Positions 28,837 to 39,778 of a stretch of 64,000 nt of DNA are shown here, in pieces. The position numbers and the translations under genes are program-made. The notes under the pieces were generated by a model that had not been told where the DNA came from, searched no databases, and saw only the letters and a list, made by a program, of their open reading frames with translations. Position 1 is the first letter of the stretch. Every line of letters begins with the position of its first letter. Source of the DNA: an uncultured Rhodospirillaceae bacterium (GTDB taxonomy: Bacteria > Pseudomonadota > Alphaproteobacteria > UBA11136); assembly GCA_964482135.1 (NCBI GenBank), contig CAYZWF010000002.1, positions 6,639 to 70,638 on the forward strand. Direction: 5' to 3'.

Positions 28837-30651
28837 ATGCTCAAGAACGCATCTGGAAAGGGGTCAAGGAAAGGGGCCGCGAACCGCAAGCCTGCGGCGG
28901 CGGCATCGGAGGCGGCATCCCGGGAACCTTTATTGCCGGGGATGGCGGAGCTTGACCGCATGCTCCACGCCCTGCAGCTTCAGGCGGCGGGCGGCATTTC
29001 CCCGGCCGCGGTGATGAATGCCCGCCTCGACTGGCTGGTTCATCTCGCCAATTCACCCACCAAGCTGACGTCATTGATGCAGAAGGCGATTAGCGACTGG
29101 GCGCGGCTGATGATCTATGCCGGGCGTTCCCTGATGGACTCCCAAACCCCGCCTCCCGAACAGGTGGACCGGCGCGACCCCCGGTTTCGCGCCGAGCTGT
29201 GGAAGGCCTGGCCCTTCAACGTTTTCTCCCAGGCTTTTCTGTTGACCCAGAACTGGTGGCGGGCGGCGGCAACGGACGTGCATGGCATGACCAAACAGCA
29301 TGAGCGGGAGGTCCAGTTCATGATGCGCCAGAACCTTGACCGGGTGGCGCCCGCCAATTTCCCCTGGAGCAACCCGGAGGTCATCTCCCGCACCTGTGAA
29401 GAGGGCGGCATGAACCTTATCCGTGGCGCCGGGAACCTGGTGGAGGAGGCGCGGCGGCGCTGGACCGGGGAGCGGCCCAAGGGCCTGGAAGGTTACGAGG
29501 TGGGGCGTAATCTGGCCGTGACTCCGGGCAAGGTGATTTATCGCAACCGGCTGATGGAGCTGATCCAGTATTCGCCCGCCACCGGCGAAGTGTGGAACGA
29601 ACCGGTGCTGATCATCCCCGCCTGGATCATGAAATATTACGTGCTTGATCTCTCCCCCCATAATTCCCTGGTGGGGTATCTGGTGGCCAACGGCCATACG
29701 GTGTTCATGATTTCATGGAAAAATCCCAGGGCCGAGGACCGCGATACCGGCATGGACGACTATCGCGAACTCGGGGTCATGGCGGCCCTCGATGTGATCG
29801 GCAAGGTGGTGCCGAAACGCCGCGTTCACGCCTGTGGTTATTGTCTGGGCGGGACGTTGCTGGCTATTGCCGCGGCCACCATGGCCCGCGAAGGCGACCA
29901 TCGCCTCGCCACCATGACCCTTCTCGCCGCCCAGACCGATTTTACCGAGGCCGGTGAGTTGATGCTGTTTATTGATGAAAGCGAACTCGCCTATCTCGAG
30001 GACATGATGTGGACCAAGGGCTATCTCGACACCAGGGAAATGTCGGAAGCCTTTCAGCTGATCCGCGCGGCGGACCTTGTCTGGTCACGCATGATCCGCG
30101 AGTATCTTCTGGGAGAAGACGGGACATTCACCGATCTTATGGCCTGGAACGCCGACCAGACGCGGCTTCCCTACAAGATGCATTCCGAATATTTACGCGA
30201 GCTTTTTCTCGAAAACCGCTTCGCCGCGGGCAAGTACGAGGTGGAGGGCCAGCCGGCGGTGCTCACCGATATTGACGTGGATGTTTTCGCGCTGGGCACC
30301 ATCCGCGATCACATTTCGCCCTGGCAATCGGTGTTCAAGATCAAGTTCCTGTCGGACACCGATGTGACCTTCGTTCTCGCCGCCGGCGGCCATAACGCGG
30401 GCATCGTCTCGGAGCCGGGCCACCGCGGCCGCAGCTATCAGATCATGACCCTGAAGGAGGCGGACATCTATAAAGACCCCGAAGTCTGGCGCGGCCAGGC
30501 CCCGTCCCATAAGGGATCGTGGTGGCCGGCATGGTCGAAATGGCTGGGCAAACGTTGCGGCGGCAAGGGCAAGACACCAGCCATGGGCGCCCCCCGCCGT
30601 GGCCTCAAGCCAATTGCGGATGCACCCGGTGATTATGTGCGCGAATCGTGA
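28837..30651 (+). CDS. phaC: Class I poly(R)-hydroxyalkanoate synthase PhaC
   Basis: Lipase box GYCLGG, PhaC N-terminal region, about 600 aa. Start at MLKNASG with GGGAG ribosome-binding site (the track starts it at 28765). Confidence 0.85.
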   Translation: MLKNASGKGSRKGAANRKPAAAASEAASREPLLPGMAELDRMLHALQLQAAGGISPAAVMNARLDWLVHLANSPTKLTSLMQKAISDWARLMIYAGRSLMDSQTPPPEQVDRRDPRFRAELWKAWPFNVFSQAFLLTQNWWRAAATDVHGMTKQHEREVQFMMRQNLDRVAPANFPWSNPEVISRTCEEGGMNLIRGAGNLVEEARRRWTGERPKGLEGYEVGRNLAVTPGKVIYRNRLMELIQYSPATGEVWNEPVLIIPAWIMKYYVLDLSPHNSLVGYLVANGHTVFMISWKNPRAEDRDTGMDDYRELGVMAALDVIGKVVPKRRVHACGYCLGGTLLAIAAATMAREGDHRLATMTLLAAQTDFTEAGELMLFIDESELAYLEDMMWTKGYLDTREMSEAFQLIRAADLVWSRMIREYLLGEDGTFTDLMAWNADQTRLPYKMHSEYLRELFLENRFAAGKYEVEGQPAVLTDIDVDVFALGTIRDHISPWQSVFKIKFLSDTDVTFVLAAGGHNAGIVSEPGHRGRSYQIMTLKEADIYKDPEVWRGQAPSHKGSWWPAWSKWLGKRCGGKGKTPAMGAPRRGLKPIADAPGDYVRES

Positions 30652-30679
30652 CGGTAATTGTGACGGGGACCGGGTGCGG

Positions 30680-31651
30680 TTACAGGGTGCCTCCCTGGTA
30701 AACCCAGTTCACGTAGGCCAGGTAGCTCAACAGAAAGGCCGCGCCGGTGAGAAAACGGATACGCCCGAAGCAAAGCAGGAAGGGAGCCACGGCCAGGGTG
30801 ACCAATAAAAAGATATTCATGTCGTCGAAGAAGTCGTGGGGCAGGGCGATATCCGTCACCAGAAGCGTGGCGCCGAGAATGCCGAGGATGTTGAAGATGT
30901 TGCTGCCGATCACGTTGCCGACGATCACATCGGTTTCCTTGCGGTACGCCGCGATCAGGGCCGTCACCAGTTCCGGCAGCGAGGTTCCCAGCGCCACCAT
31001 GGTGAGGCCGATGGCGGCTTCGGAGATGCCGAAGTCGTGGGCGATTTTTACCGCGCTGTCGACGAAAATACGGGCCCCCCAAACCACGCCCACCATACCG
31101 CCCAGCGTCAGGACGATGGCAAATTTCATGCCGTGCCTGGTGTCTTCGAATTGCCGGGCTTCGCGTTCGTGGAGCAGGCGTTCGGGCGAGGAAGCGGAGG
31201 CGGACCGTTCCGCCATGTAGGAGAAAATGATGAATCCGGCCAGCGCGACCAGGAACATGGCGCCGACCCAACCGGGAAGAATCCCCTGTTGGGCGAGGAT
31301 AAAAAACGCCAGGCTGGCGCCAATCATGATCATGGTATCGCGGCCGATGGCGGCGGGCGCGGAGGCGAGCGGCCGTATCAGCGCCGAAACGCCGAGAATG
31401 AGAAGGATGTTGGCGATATTGCTGCCCACCACATTGCCCAGCGCGATGTCGGGCTTTCCCGTGAGGGCGGCATCGAGGGAAACCGCGAGTTCGGGCACCG
31501 ATGTGCCGAAACCGACGATCACGAGGCCCACGAACAGGACCGAGATATTGTGGCGCATGGCGATGCCCACCGCACCCCGCACCAGGGATTCGCCTCCGGC
31601 CAGCAGCAGGGCGACGCCCACGAGGGCAAGAACATATGTGGAATCAAACAA
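30680..31651 (-). CDS. Ca2+/cation antiporter, CaCA family (YrbG-like)
   Basis: Two internal alpha-repeat motifs GTSVPELAVS and GTSLPELVTA. About 10 TM helices. Confidence 0.8.
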   Translation of the reverse strand: MFDSTYVLALVGVALLLAGGESLVRGAVGIAMRHNISVLFVGLVIVGFGTSVPELAVSLDAALTGKPDIALGNVVGSNIANILLILGVSALIRPLASAPAAIGRDTMIMIGASLAFFILAQQGILPGWVGAMFLVALAGFIIFSYMAERSASASSPERLLHEREARQFEDTRHGMKFAIVLTLGGMVGVVWGARIFVDSAVKIAHDFGISEAAIGLTMVALGTSLPELVTALIAAYRKETDVIVGNVIGSNIFNILGILGATLLVTDIALPHDFFDDMNIFLLVTLAVAPFLLCFGRIRFLTGAAFLLSYLAYVNWVYQGGTL

Positions 31652-31823
31652 CCAGACGGCCTTTCAGGGATTAAGGAGAAGGACAGGGTGTGAAAGTTTC
31701 CGCCCCAACATACGGTTCTAAAATGGCCTGACAAGTGGGCTATGATTTTTTTGTCCCGGGGATATCGGTTTTTCCCTGTTTTCCCACGGGGGGCCGTAAC
31801 CATGGCAGTGTCGGAGGAGTCCT

Positions 31824-32666
31824 ATGTCTATTTTTTTCGCTTATGACGGCTCCATAAATAATGACTGGGTGGCGCGCTACGCCATCCGTCTTGCCTCCCA
31901 TGACGAGGACGCCCGCCTTCAGCTTATCCATGTGAATGACGGCGCCACTTCCCCCGAAATCATCAGGGACAAGATCGCTCGCATCGAAATGGAATCCTCC
32001 CTGATGGGGGTGGCTTTCGAAAGTGAAATTTTATCTCCGGGGGCGGGCGTTGCGGAGGCGCTGGACGAGCGAATCCCGCCGGGCCCTGAATCGCTCCTGA
32101 TCTGTGGGGTGAGGGTCGGGGGCCGGGGCGGCGGCCTGTTTTCGGGAACCATCACCGAACGCATGATGAAGCTTGGGCTCTATAGCGTCCTTGCGCTGCG
32201 AATTGTGCAGCCGGGCCTTCTCGGGCTTCCCGGCAATATCCTGGTTCCTGTTTCCGGGGCGGTGGAAGGATTCCGCTCCGGCCTTTCCATACTGAATCGT
32301 CTTGCCCCCGACATCCACGAGCTTTTCCTGCTCCGCGTCATGATGCTGAGCCGTGGCCATTATCGCCAGCTTGGCGATAAGGAGGCCGAAGCGCTGCGCC
32401 GCGAAGGTGCGGAGTATCTGGAGGAGATGGAGAAAGAGCTGGTGGCCGCCGTTGATCTTTCTTCCGACAGGGTCGAGGCCATTGCCCGCATTTCCGATGA
32501 CTGGGTCAAGGAGGTCCTTATCTGCGCCGGACGTTGTAAATCGGGGCTGATTCTTATGGAGGTTCCACGAAAAAGCCTGAGGGGGAAATTCCTGTTCGGT
32601 GACAAGACCGAGGAACTGTTGCGGGGTGCGCCCTGTGACGTGGCGCTTTATCGCGGGATCGTATAA
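31824..32666 (+). CDS. Universal stress protein, tandem USP domains
   Basis: Two USP-like halves. C-terminal motif region (VLVPVSG, DVALYRG). Confidence 0.65.
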   Translation: MSIFFAYDGSINNDWVARYAIRLASHDEDARLQLIHVNDGATSPEIIRDKIARIEMESSLMGVAFESEILSPGAGVAEALDERIPPGPESLLICGVRVGGRGGGLFSGTITERMMKLGLYSVLALRIVQPGLLGLPGNILVPVSGAVEGFRSGLSILNRLAPDIHELFLLRVMMLSRGHYRQLGDKEAEALRREGAEYLEEMEKELVAAVDLSSDRVEAIARISDDWVKEVLICAGRCKSGLILMEVPRKSLRGKFLFGDKTEELLRGAPCDVALYRGIV

Positions 32667-35372
32667 ATGGCGGGACAGATACAGAATGTCTCCGCGGCTG
32701 AGGCCTTTGGGTTTCTGCAATCCCGCGCCGGGGGGCTGACGAAAGCCGAAGCCCAGGAGCGATGGCGCGAGGTGGGCCCCAACACCATCGAGGTGGAACG
32801 CCGGTTCCGCTGGCTTGAAAACCTGGGGCGGCAGTTCACCAATTTTTTCACTCTGTTGCTCGATCTTGCGGCGGTGATCTGTTTCATCGCCGACCACATC
32901 CGCCCCGGCGAGAGTATGAATATCCTGGGATGGGCATTGCTGTCGGTCTCGGTTCTCAATGCCCTGTTCAGTTTCGTTCAGGAATACCGGGCCGAGCGGG
33001 CCATGGAGGAGCTGCGGAAATTCCTGCCGCAACGGGTCCGGGCCATGCGCGGCGGCGAGGAAAGGGAAATTCTTGGTTCGGAACTGGTTCCCGGAGATGT
33101 CCTTCTGGTGCAGGAGGGAGACCGCATTCCGGCCGACGCCCGGCTGGTGGTCAGTCATGACCTGTTGGTGAACAACGCGCCCCTGACCGGGGAATCGGTG
33201 CCGCTGGCGAGAACCGCCGAGGCCTCGGAAGAAAGCATGTCGGAAAGCGACAACATCCTTCTCGCGGGATGCTCGGTGCTGCGCGGTTCGGGCCTGGCGG
33301 TGGTCTTCGCCACCGGTTTCCGCACCCAGTTCGGCCGTATCGCCATGCTGTCACAGGAAACGCGGCGTCATATCTCGCCCCTGGAGCAACAGACCCAGAG
33401 TATGGTACGCGTGCTTTCCATCATCGCCGTGGCCATGGGGCTGGCTTTTTTCGCCTATGGGGTCTACGCCGGGCGGCCCTTATGGGTAAATCTGGTGTTC
33501 ATGATGGGGATCATCGTCGCCAATGTTCCCGAAGGGCTGTTGCCCACCTTCACCCTGTCGCTGGCCATGGGCAGCCTGCGCATGGCGCGGCGCAACGTTT
33601 TGGTGAAGGGGCTGAACGCGGTGGAATCCCTGGGCGCCGTTCATGTGATCTGTACCGACAAGACCGGAACCCTGACCCTCAACCGGATGGCCGTGGCCCA
33701 TGTGGCGGAACCTCTCGATGCGGAGGCGTTGACGGAGTCCCATGAGTGCGTACCGATCCTGGAACTGGCGCTGGCGGCCTCCGAGGTTCATGTCACTAGG
33801 GGTGAGTTTTCAGGCGATCCCCTGGATGTGGCCATCGCTCTGCGTGTGGAGGAGCAGGAAAAAGACGAGTCCATGGTGTCCAGGGTGGATGCCGCCATGA
33901 CCCGCCGCTTCGCCTTCGATTCGGAAAAACGCAGCGCCGCGGGAATCATGACCCGGGAAAAGGATTCCGTCTTTGCTCTCAAGGGGGCCTGGGAATTCCT
34001 GCGCCCCCGTATTACCCGGATTGCGTCCGGCCGTGACGGCGCCGCCGGGGAGGCCGGTGTGGAGGAACTGGAACGGGCCGACGCGGTGGTTCACCGGCTT
34101 GCCGCCCAGGGTCTGCGCGTTATCGCGGTGGCCTGCCGGTCCCTGGATACGCCGCCTGCGGCGGATGCCGCAATAGAGACCTTTGAACACGATCTCGTTC
34201 TCATGGGATTTCTCGGATTTTCGGACACCCTGCGTCCCGAGGTGCCCGGCGCCGTGGCGCAATGCCATGCGGCGGGTATCCGCATGCTGATGATTACCGG
34301 GGACCATCCCGAAACCGCGGAGGCCATCGCCCGCCACGCAGGGATTGTTCCCGCCGACGCAGCGCCGGGATCGGTCACCATGACCGGTGCGGAACTTGAG
34401 GATATGCGCGAGGAACAGCTGATCAGGCATTTGCGGGAGGGGGTCCAGATTTTCGCCCGCGCCACGCCCGAACAGAAAATGAAAATCGTGGCGGCGCTGC
34501 ATCAGATGGACCTGGTGGTGGCCATGACCGGGGATGGCGTCAACGACGCGCCGGCCCTGAAGACCGCCGATGTGGGAGTGGCCATGGGGGTCACGGGTAC
34601 CGATGTGGCGCGCGAGGCGGCGCAGGTGATCCTTCTCGACGACAACTTCGCTTCCATCGTCGCCGGGGTGGAGGAAGGGCGCACTATCTTCGGCAATATC
34701 AAGAAATTCACCAACTATGTGCTGGTGAGCAACGGCCCGGAGATCATGCCCTATTTGATCTACATTATTTTTCCGGTGCCGCTGGCGATGACGGTGATCC
34801 AGATTCTGGCCATTGATCTGGGCACCGACATCATCCCCTCCATGGGGCTGGGACAGGAAAAACCGGACCCCGAAACCATGAAACAGCCGCCGCGAAGCCG
34901 CAAGCAGGGGCTTCTCAACTGGCCGGTGATCGCCCATAGCTATTTTTTCCTCGGGCTGATCGAGGCGGGCTTCTCCCTGTTCCTTTTTTTCTTCGTGCTT
35001 TATCAGGGGGGCTGGGAATGGGGCCAGGAACTGGGGGCCAGCGATCCCCTTTACCGCTCGGCCACGGGCATCACCCTGTCGTCCATTATCCTCATGCAGA
35101 TCGGCAACCTGTTCGGCCGCAGGTCGCGCCGGGGCTCGGGGCTGGACGCCTCGGTGTTGCGCAACCCCCTGATCGTCGCGGGGATCGTCTTCGAGGTGGT
35201 GTTCTCCTGGGCCATTCTTTACTTCCCGCCGTTGGGAACGGTTCTCGGCACCGGCCCGGTGGATATTACCGTTTACGCCGCCGCCTGGCTCGGGGTGCCG
35301 CTGATCTTCGGCCTCGATTTCGCACGCAAGCGAGTGTTCGCGGCTGTGGAAAATAAAACCCATATGCGATGA
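32667..35372 (+). CDS. Cation-transporting P-type ATPase (type II-like)
   Basis: DKTGTLT phosphorylation motif, TGES, MTGDGVNDAPAL hinge. 10 TM helices. 901 aa. Confidence 0.85.
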   Translation: MAGQIQNVSAAEAFGFLQSRAGGLTKAEAQERWREVGPNTIEVERRFRWLENLGRQFTNFFTLLLDLAAVICFIADHIRPGESMNILGWALLSVSVLNALFSFVQEYRAERAMEELRKFLPQRVRAMRGGEEREILGSELVPGDVLLVQEGDRIPADARLVVSHDLLVNNAPLTGESVPLARTAEASEESMSESDNILLAGCSVLRGSGLAVVFATGFRTQFGRIAMLSQETRRHISPLEQQTQSMVRVLSIIAVAMGLAFFAYGVYAGRPLWVNLVFMMGIIVANVPEGLLPTFTLSLAMGSLRMARRNVLVKGLNAVESLGAVHVICTDKTGTLTLNRMAVAHVAEPLDAEALTESHECVPILELALAASEVHVTRGEFSGDPLDVAIALRVEEQEKDESMVSRVDAAMTRRFAFDSEKRSAAGIMTREKDSVFALKGAWEFLRPRITRIASGRDGAAGEAGVEELERADAVVHRLAAQGLRVIAVACRSLDTPPAADAAIETFEHDLVLMGFLGFSDTLRPEVPGAVAQCHAAGIRMLMITGDHPETAEAIARHAGIVPADAAPGSVTMTGAELEDMREEQLIRHLREGVQIFARATPEQKMKIVAALHQMDLVVAMTGDGVNDAPALKTADVGVAMGVTGTDVAREAAQVILLDDNFASIVAGVEEGRTIFGNIKKFTNYVLVSNGPEIMPYLIYIIFPVPLAMTVIQILAIDLGTDIIPSMGLGQEKPDPETMKQPPRSRKQGLLNWPVIAHSYFFLGLIEAGFSLFLFFFVLYQGGWEWGQELGASDPLYRSATGITLSSIILMQIGNLFGRRSRRGSGLDASVLRNPLIVAGIVFEVVFSWAILYFPPLGTVLGTGPVDITVYAAAWLGVPLIFGLDFARKRVFAAVENKTHMR

Positions 35373-35458
35373 AATGTCCCACTGCGTTGAAATTATGAAT
35401 TAATTTCTTAAGGTCTTAGAATAGGAAAGATATTTCTTTATGGGAAGGGGGCACGGCA

Positions 35459-36571
35459 ATGGACAGCCTTTTGGATTTCGGAGACGATCTCGGTCCCGCC
35501 AAGATCATTCATTTCTTCGAGCCGTCGGTGGGGTTGGCCGGGGTGCTGGTGGTGGATAACGTGGCCGCCGGCCCGTCGGTGGGAGGCATCCGTATGGCGC
35601 CGGACGTGACCCTGGAGGAATGCTGTCGTCTGGCCCGCGCCATGACCATGAAGAACGCCGCAGCCGGACTTCCCCATGGCGGCGGAAAAGCCGTGGTGCG
35701 GGGCGATCCGAAAATGCCGCCCCGGGACAAGGAGCGCGTGATCCGCGCCCTGGCCAACGCGCTGCGCGATATCGAGGAATACATCCTGGCCCCCGACATG
35801 GGCACCGACGAACAATGCATGGCCTGGATCAAGGACGAGGTGGACCGCGTGGTGGGTCTGCCGCGCGAGGTGGGAGGCATTCCCCTGGACGAAATCGGCG
35901 CCACCGGATGGGGGCTGAGCCGGGTGGCGCTGGTGGCCGCCGAGCATTGTGATATGGAACTCAAGGGGGCCCGCGTGGTGATTCAGGGGTTGGGCGCCGT
36001 GGGCACCCATGCGGCGCGGTTTCTCTCCGAGCTGGGATGCAGCCTGGTCGGCGCCGTGGATACCGGGGGAACTCTCTATGACCCCAGCGGGCTTAACGTG
36101 GAGGCCCTGATAGCGCTTAAACAAGAGGGCAAGAGCGTGGTCGACCACCCCTCGGGAGAGAAGCTCTCCGGCGAGGACGCGGTGGGTCTGGACTGCGACA
36201 TCTGGGTGCCCGCCGCCCGCCCCGACGTGATTCACAAGGGCAATGTGAAACAGATCAAGGCGCGCCTGATTTTGCAGGGGGCGAATATCCCCATCACCCA
36301 CGAGGCGGAAAAAATTCTTCATGAAAAGGGTGTGCTCTGCGTGCCCGATTTTATCGCCAATGCCGGCGGCGTCATCTGCGCCGCCATGGAATACCAAGGC
36401 TCCACCGAAGCGGGGGTGTTCCAGGCCATCGAGGAGAAGCTGACCCATAACACCGAACTGGTTCTGGCGGCGGTGGAGAAGGAAGGCATTCTCCCCCGCG
36501 ACGCCGCCATCGCCATGGCCGAGGAAAGGGTGCGCAAGGCCATGATCTTCCGCCGTTGGTCCATATATTAG
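35459..36571 (+). CDS. Glu/Leu/Phe/Val-family amino acid dehydrogenase
   Basis: Conserved GGxK active-site region (LPHGGGKAVV) and Rossmann GLGAVG. 370 aa. Confidence 0.75.
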   Translation: MDSLLDFGDDLGPAKIIHFFEPSVGLAGVLVVDNVAAGPSVGGIRMAPDVTLEECCRLARAMTMKNAAAGLPHGGGKAVVRGDPKMPPRDKERVIRALANALRDIEEYILAPDMGTDEQCMAWIKDEVDRVVGLPREVGGIPLDEIGATGWGLSRVALVAAEHCDMELKGARVVIQGLGAVGTHAARFLSELGCSLVGAVDTGGTLYDPSGLNVEALIALKQEGKSVVDHPSGEKLSGEDAVGLDCDIWVPAARPDVIHKGNVKQIKARLILQGANIPITHEAEKILHEKGVLCVPDFIANAGGVICAAMEYQGSTEAGVFQAIEEKLTHNTELVLAAVEKEGILPRDAAIAMAEERVRKAMIFRRWSIY

Positions 36572-36604
36572 ACCCGGCCAACCGCCAATCCTTCAGGAAG
36601 GGAG

Positions 36605-37555
36605 GTGTGCATGTTTCGAGTTCGTTTCCATGGACGTGGCGGCCAAGGCATGAAAACGGCCAGCCATATTCTCGGCAGCGCCTTCTTCCATGAGGGGTTC
36701 GAGGTGCAGGATGCGCCGCGCTATGGCGCCGAACGCCGTGGCGCCCCTATTTTCGCCTATGTGCGGGCGGCGCGCGGAGCCATTAACGAGCGCGGCATCA
36801 TCCGCTGTCCCGATCTGGTGATCGTCGCCGATGAAAGCCTGGTGCCGGTGCCCGCCGCCGAGGTTCTGGCTAATTTCGCCCCCCATACCACGCTGTTGAT
36901 CAACAGCGCCGAGAGCGCCGAGACCTGGCGCGGGCGTCTCAACCTTTCATCCCCCATTATCTGTCTGCCCCTTGCCGAGGCCGCCGAACAGGCGGAGCTG
37001 CCCTATATGGGAGTGGCCTGCGCCGGAGCCGCGGCCCGTCTCACCGGCGTCATCGGTCGCGATGCCCTGGAAGAGACCATCGCCGGGGAGCTGGGGCATT
37101 TGGGCAAGGAGGTGGTGGCGGAAAACCTGAAACGGGCGCTGGCCGCCTTCGACGCCATGGCGGATCATGAGGGCTGTGTGGCGGAAGGAGAGGAACGCCT
37201 GGCCGCCACGGCACAGGGGGCGGACTGGATCGAGATGCCGCTGGACTCCAGTGAGCAGACCACGCCCGCCATCCATGCCGGGGCCACCAGCGTCGAAGTG
37301 CGGACCGGGCTGTGGCGCGTCATGCGCCCGGTGGTGCATGAGGACCTCTGTAACAAATGCGTCTGGATTTGCGGCAGCCTGTGTCCCGACAGCGTTATTT
37401 CTGTGGGCGAGGGTGGCTATCCGCAAGTGGATTACGATCATTGCAAGGGCTGCATGATCTGTGTCGCCGCCTGTCCGCGCCACGCCATCGAGGCGGTTCC
37501 AGAACACGGTGCTGCGGGGGAAACAGCAGCAACCCATGAGGAGGCATCGCCATGA
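36605..37555 (+). CDS. 2-oxoacid:ferredoxin oxidoreductase gamma subunit fused to delta (2x[4Fe-4S]) subunit
   Basis: POR/VOR gamma N-terminus (RFHGRGGQG). C-terminal CNKCVWICGSLCP and CKGCMICVAACP. Confidence 0.8.
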   Translation: MCMFRVRFHGRGGQGMKTASHILGSAFFHEGFEVQDAPRYGAERRGAPIFAYVRAARGAINERGIIRCPDLVIVADESLVPVPAAEVLANFAPHTTLLINSAESAETWRGRLNLSSPIICLPLAEAAEQAELPYMGVACAGAAARLTGVIGRDALEETIAGELGHLGKEVVAENLKRALAAFDAMADHEGCVAEGEERLAATAQGADWIEMPLDSSEQTTPAIHAGATSVEVRTGLWRVMRPVVHEDLCNKCVWICGSLCPDSVISVGEGGYPQVDYDHCKGCMICVAACPRHAIEAVPEHGAAGETAATHEEASP

Positions 37556-38823
37556 CGCGCCAGCTTCTTACCGGCAACGTGGCGGCGGCCTGGGGCGTGC
37601 GTCTGGCCGAGGTGGACTATGTGCCGGCCTTTCCCATCACCCCCCAGACCGAGATCATCGAGACCATTGCCGGCTGGATCGACAAGGGTGAGATGGACTG
37701 CCGCATGGTGACCATGGATTCGGAGCATTCCATGATTACCGCCGCCGGGGCCGCGGTGGCCACCGGGGTGCGCTCCTACGCCGCCACCTCGAGCCAGGGG
37801 CTGCTCTATGGCATGGAGATGCTCTATACGGTGGCGGGCTGGCGCACGCCCTTCGTGCTGACCAATGTGTCGCGCGGGTTGTCGGCGCCCATCACCCTGG
37901 AATCCGACCATAACGATGTGATGGCGGCGCGCGACAGCGGCTTTTTGCAGATTCACTGCGCCACCTGCCAGGAGGTGGTGGACGCCACCCTCATGGCCTA
38001 TCGCCTGGCCGAGGATAAACGGGTGCGGGTTCCCATCATTGTCAATCTCGACGGCTTTTATCTCTCGTTTACCCGCGAGCCGGTGGATATTCCCGACCCG
38101 GCCAAGGCGCGGGACTTCCTGCCGCCCTTCGATCCGGGACCGTTGAAATTCCGCGCCGGGCGGCCCCTGAGCGAGGCCGTGGCCGTACTCGGCGGTACGC
38201 CGTACTCTTATTTCCGTTACGAACTGCATCTCGCCGCCATGGGCGCGCTGGCGGTCTATGACGAAGTGGCCGAGGATTTTGCACGCCTCTTCGGACGCCG
38301 TTACGAGGCGGTGGAGAGCTATCGCGCCGAGGACGCCGACTATGTGTTCGTCATGCTGGGCTCGTTTTCCACCAAGGCTAGGGATGCCGTGGATGGTTTG
38401 CGCGAATCGGGCGTCGCCGCCGGTCTGGTGCGGCCGCGCCTGTTCCGGCCCTTCCCCGTGGAGGCCCTGCGCCGCGCCCTGGCCGGGCGCAAGGGGGTGG
38501 CGGTGATCGACCAGAACCTTTCCATGGGCAAGGGCGGCGTTTTGCACGGGGAACTGGCCTCGGTGCTCTACGGCGTGGCCGGCGCGCCGGTGGTGGCGGG
38601 CTTTATCGGCGGGCTGGGGGGACGTGATATCGGCCCCGGCGAATTCCGCGAGATGATCTCGGTGCTGGAACAGGCCGTGGCCGATGGCGAGACACCGCCC
38701 CCGCGGCTTCTCTTCAGCGCCGAGGAACTGCGCCATGTGCGCAAGCTGCAGGCCTCGGCTCATGTGGAGAGGGAGGAAATCCACCGCCAGGAGAGGGATG
38801 AAACAGAGAGGGACGACACATGA
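37552..38823 (+). CDS. 2-oxoacid:ferredoxin oxidoreductase alpha subunit
   Basis: POR/VOR alpha family features (FPITPQTEI, domain order). ATGA coupling with the gamma/delta gene. Confidence 0.8.
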   Translation: MTRQLLTGNVAAAWGVRLAEVDYVPAFPITPQTEIIETIAGWIDKGEMDCRMVTMDSEHSMITAAGAAVATGVRSYAATSSQGLLYGMEMLYTVAGWRTPFVLTNVSRGLSAPITLESDHNDVMAARDSGFLQIHCATCQEVVDATLMAYRLAEDKRVRVPIIVNLDGFYLSFTREPVDIPDPAKARDFLPPFDPGPLKFRAGRPLSEAVAVLGGTPYSYFRYELHLAAMGALAVYDEVAEDFARLFGRRYEAVESYRAEDADYVFVMLGSFSTKARDAVDGLRESGVAAGLVRPRLFRPFPVEALRRALAGRKGVAVIDQNLSMGKGGVLHGELASVLYGVAGAPVVAGFIGGLGGRDIGPGEFREMISVLEQAVADGETPPPRLLFSAEELRHVRKLQASAHVEREEIHRQERDETERDDT

Positions 38824-39737
38824 GCGAACCGGTGATCAAGGGCATGAAGGATATCCCCTCGGAACACATTCTCGGCGCCGGTACCGCGCTGTGTGCCGGA
38901 TGCGGAGGCCTTCAGGCATTGCACGAGATTTACGACGTGCTCGGCGAGAATACGGTGTTCGTGAATTCCGCGGGATGCATGACCCTGTTGTCGGTCTATC
39001 CTTTCACGCCGTTCCGCGGCGGCTGGCTCTATACGGCCATGGCCTCGGCTCCGGCGGGCGCGCAGGGGGTGCGCGACGCCCTGGATATCCTGCTCGCCAA
39101 GAAACGGATTACGCCTGAAGAAGATATGCAGGTGGCGGTGCTTTCCGGCGACGGGGCCACGTACGGCATGGGGCTTGCCGCCGCCTCCTGCGCCATCGAC
39201 CGCGATCTCGATTTTCTCTATGTCTGTTACGACAACGAGGGCTACGGCAATACCGGCAACCAGACCTCGGCGGGTACGCCTCATGCCAGCCGCACCGCCA
39301 CCGATACCGGCACCGAAGGGGTGCCCGGTTACAAGAAGGATCTGTTCGGACTCTGGGTGGCCAACCGCCCCGCCTATGCGGCCACGGTGATCGGCGCCGA
39401 ACCGCTGGACCTCGCCCGCAAGGTGGAAAAAGCCAAATCCATCAAGGGGCCGAAACTGATTCTGGCACTCTCCCCCTGTCCGGTGGGCTGGGACTATGAC
39501 CCCATGGATACGCTGGACATCGGCCGCCTCGCCGTGAAGACGGGTATCTGGCCGCTGAAGGAATTTGCCGACGGCAAGGTGGTCCATACCAAGACCCCCC
39601 ATCCCCGCACCCCGGTGGAGGAATATCTCAAGCTGCAAGGCCGCTATGCCCATCTCTTTTCACCCAAGCGCAACGAAACCCTGCTGGGTGAGATACAGGG
39701 CCGGGTGGATGCCTATTGGGACGCCGTGGGCGGTTAG
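38820..39737 (+). CDS. 2-oxoacid:ferredoxin oxidoreductase beta subunit (TPP-binding)
   Basis: N-terminal Cys cluster for the [4Fe-4S] (CAGCGG), and TPP-binding GDG...N motif. Confidence 0.8.
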   Translation: MSEPVIKGMKDIPSEHILGAGTALCAGCGGLQALHEIYDVLGENTVFVNSAGCMTLLSVYPFTPFRGGWLYTAMASAPAGAQGVRDALDILLAKKRITPEEDMQVAVLSGDGATYGMGLAAASCAIDRDLDFLYVCYDNEGYGNTGNQTSAGTPHASRTATDTGTEGVPGYKKDLFGLWVANRPAYAATVIGAEPLDLARKVEKAKSIKGPKLILALSPCPVGWDYDPMDTLDIGRLAVKTGIWPLKEFADGKVVHTKTPHPRTPVEEYLKLQGRYAHLFSPKRNETLLGEIQGRVDAYWDAVGG

Positions 39738-39778
39738 GAGGAAAAGCCGGGCCGCGCGTGAACGCGGGAAAGGAAGAA

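Noticed and set aside
33810-35363. 517-aa minus-strand ORF antisense to the P-type ATPase
   Set aside because: Shadow ORF of a GC-rich gene. The P-type ATPase signature motifs are on the plus strand.
37438-38784. 448-aa minus-strand ORF antisense to OFOR alpha subunit
   Set aside because: No domain signal; the plus strand is clearly coding.
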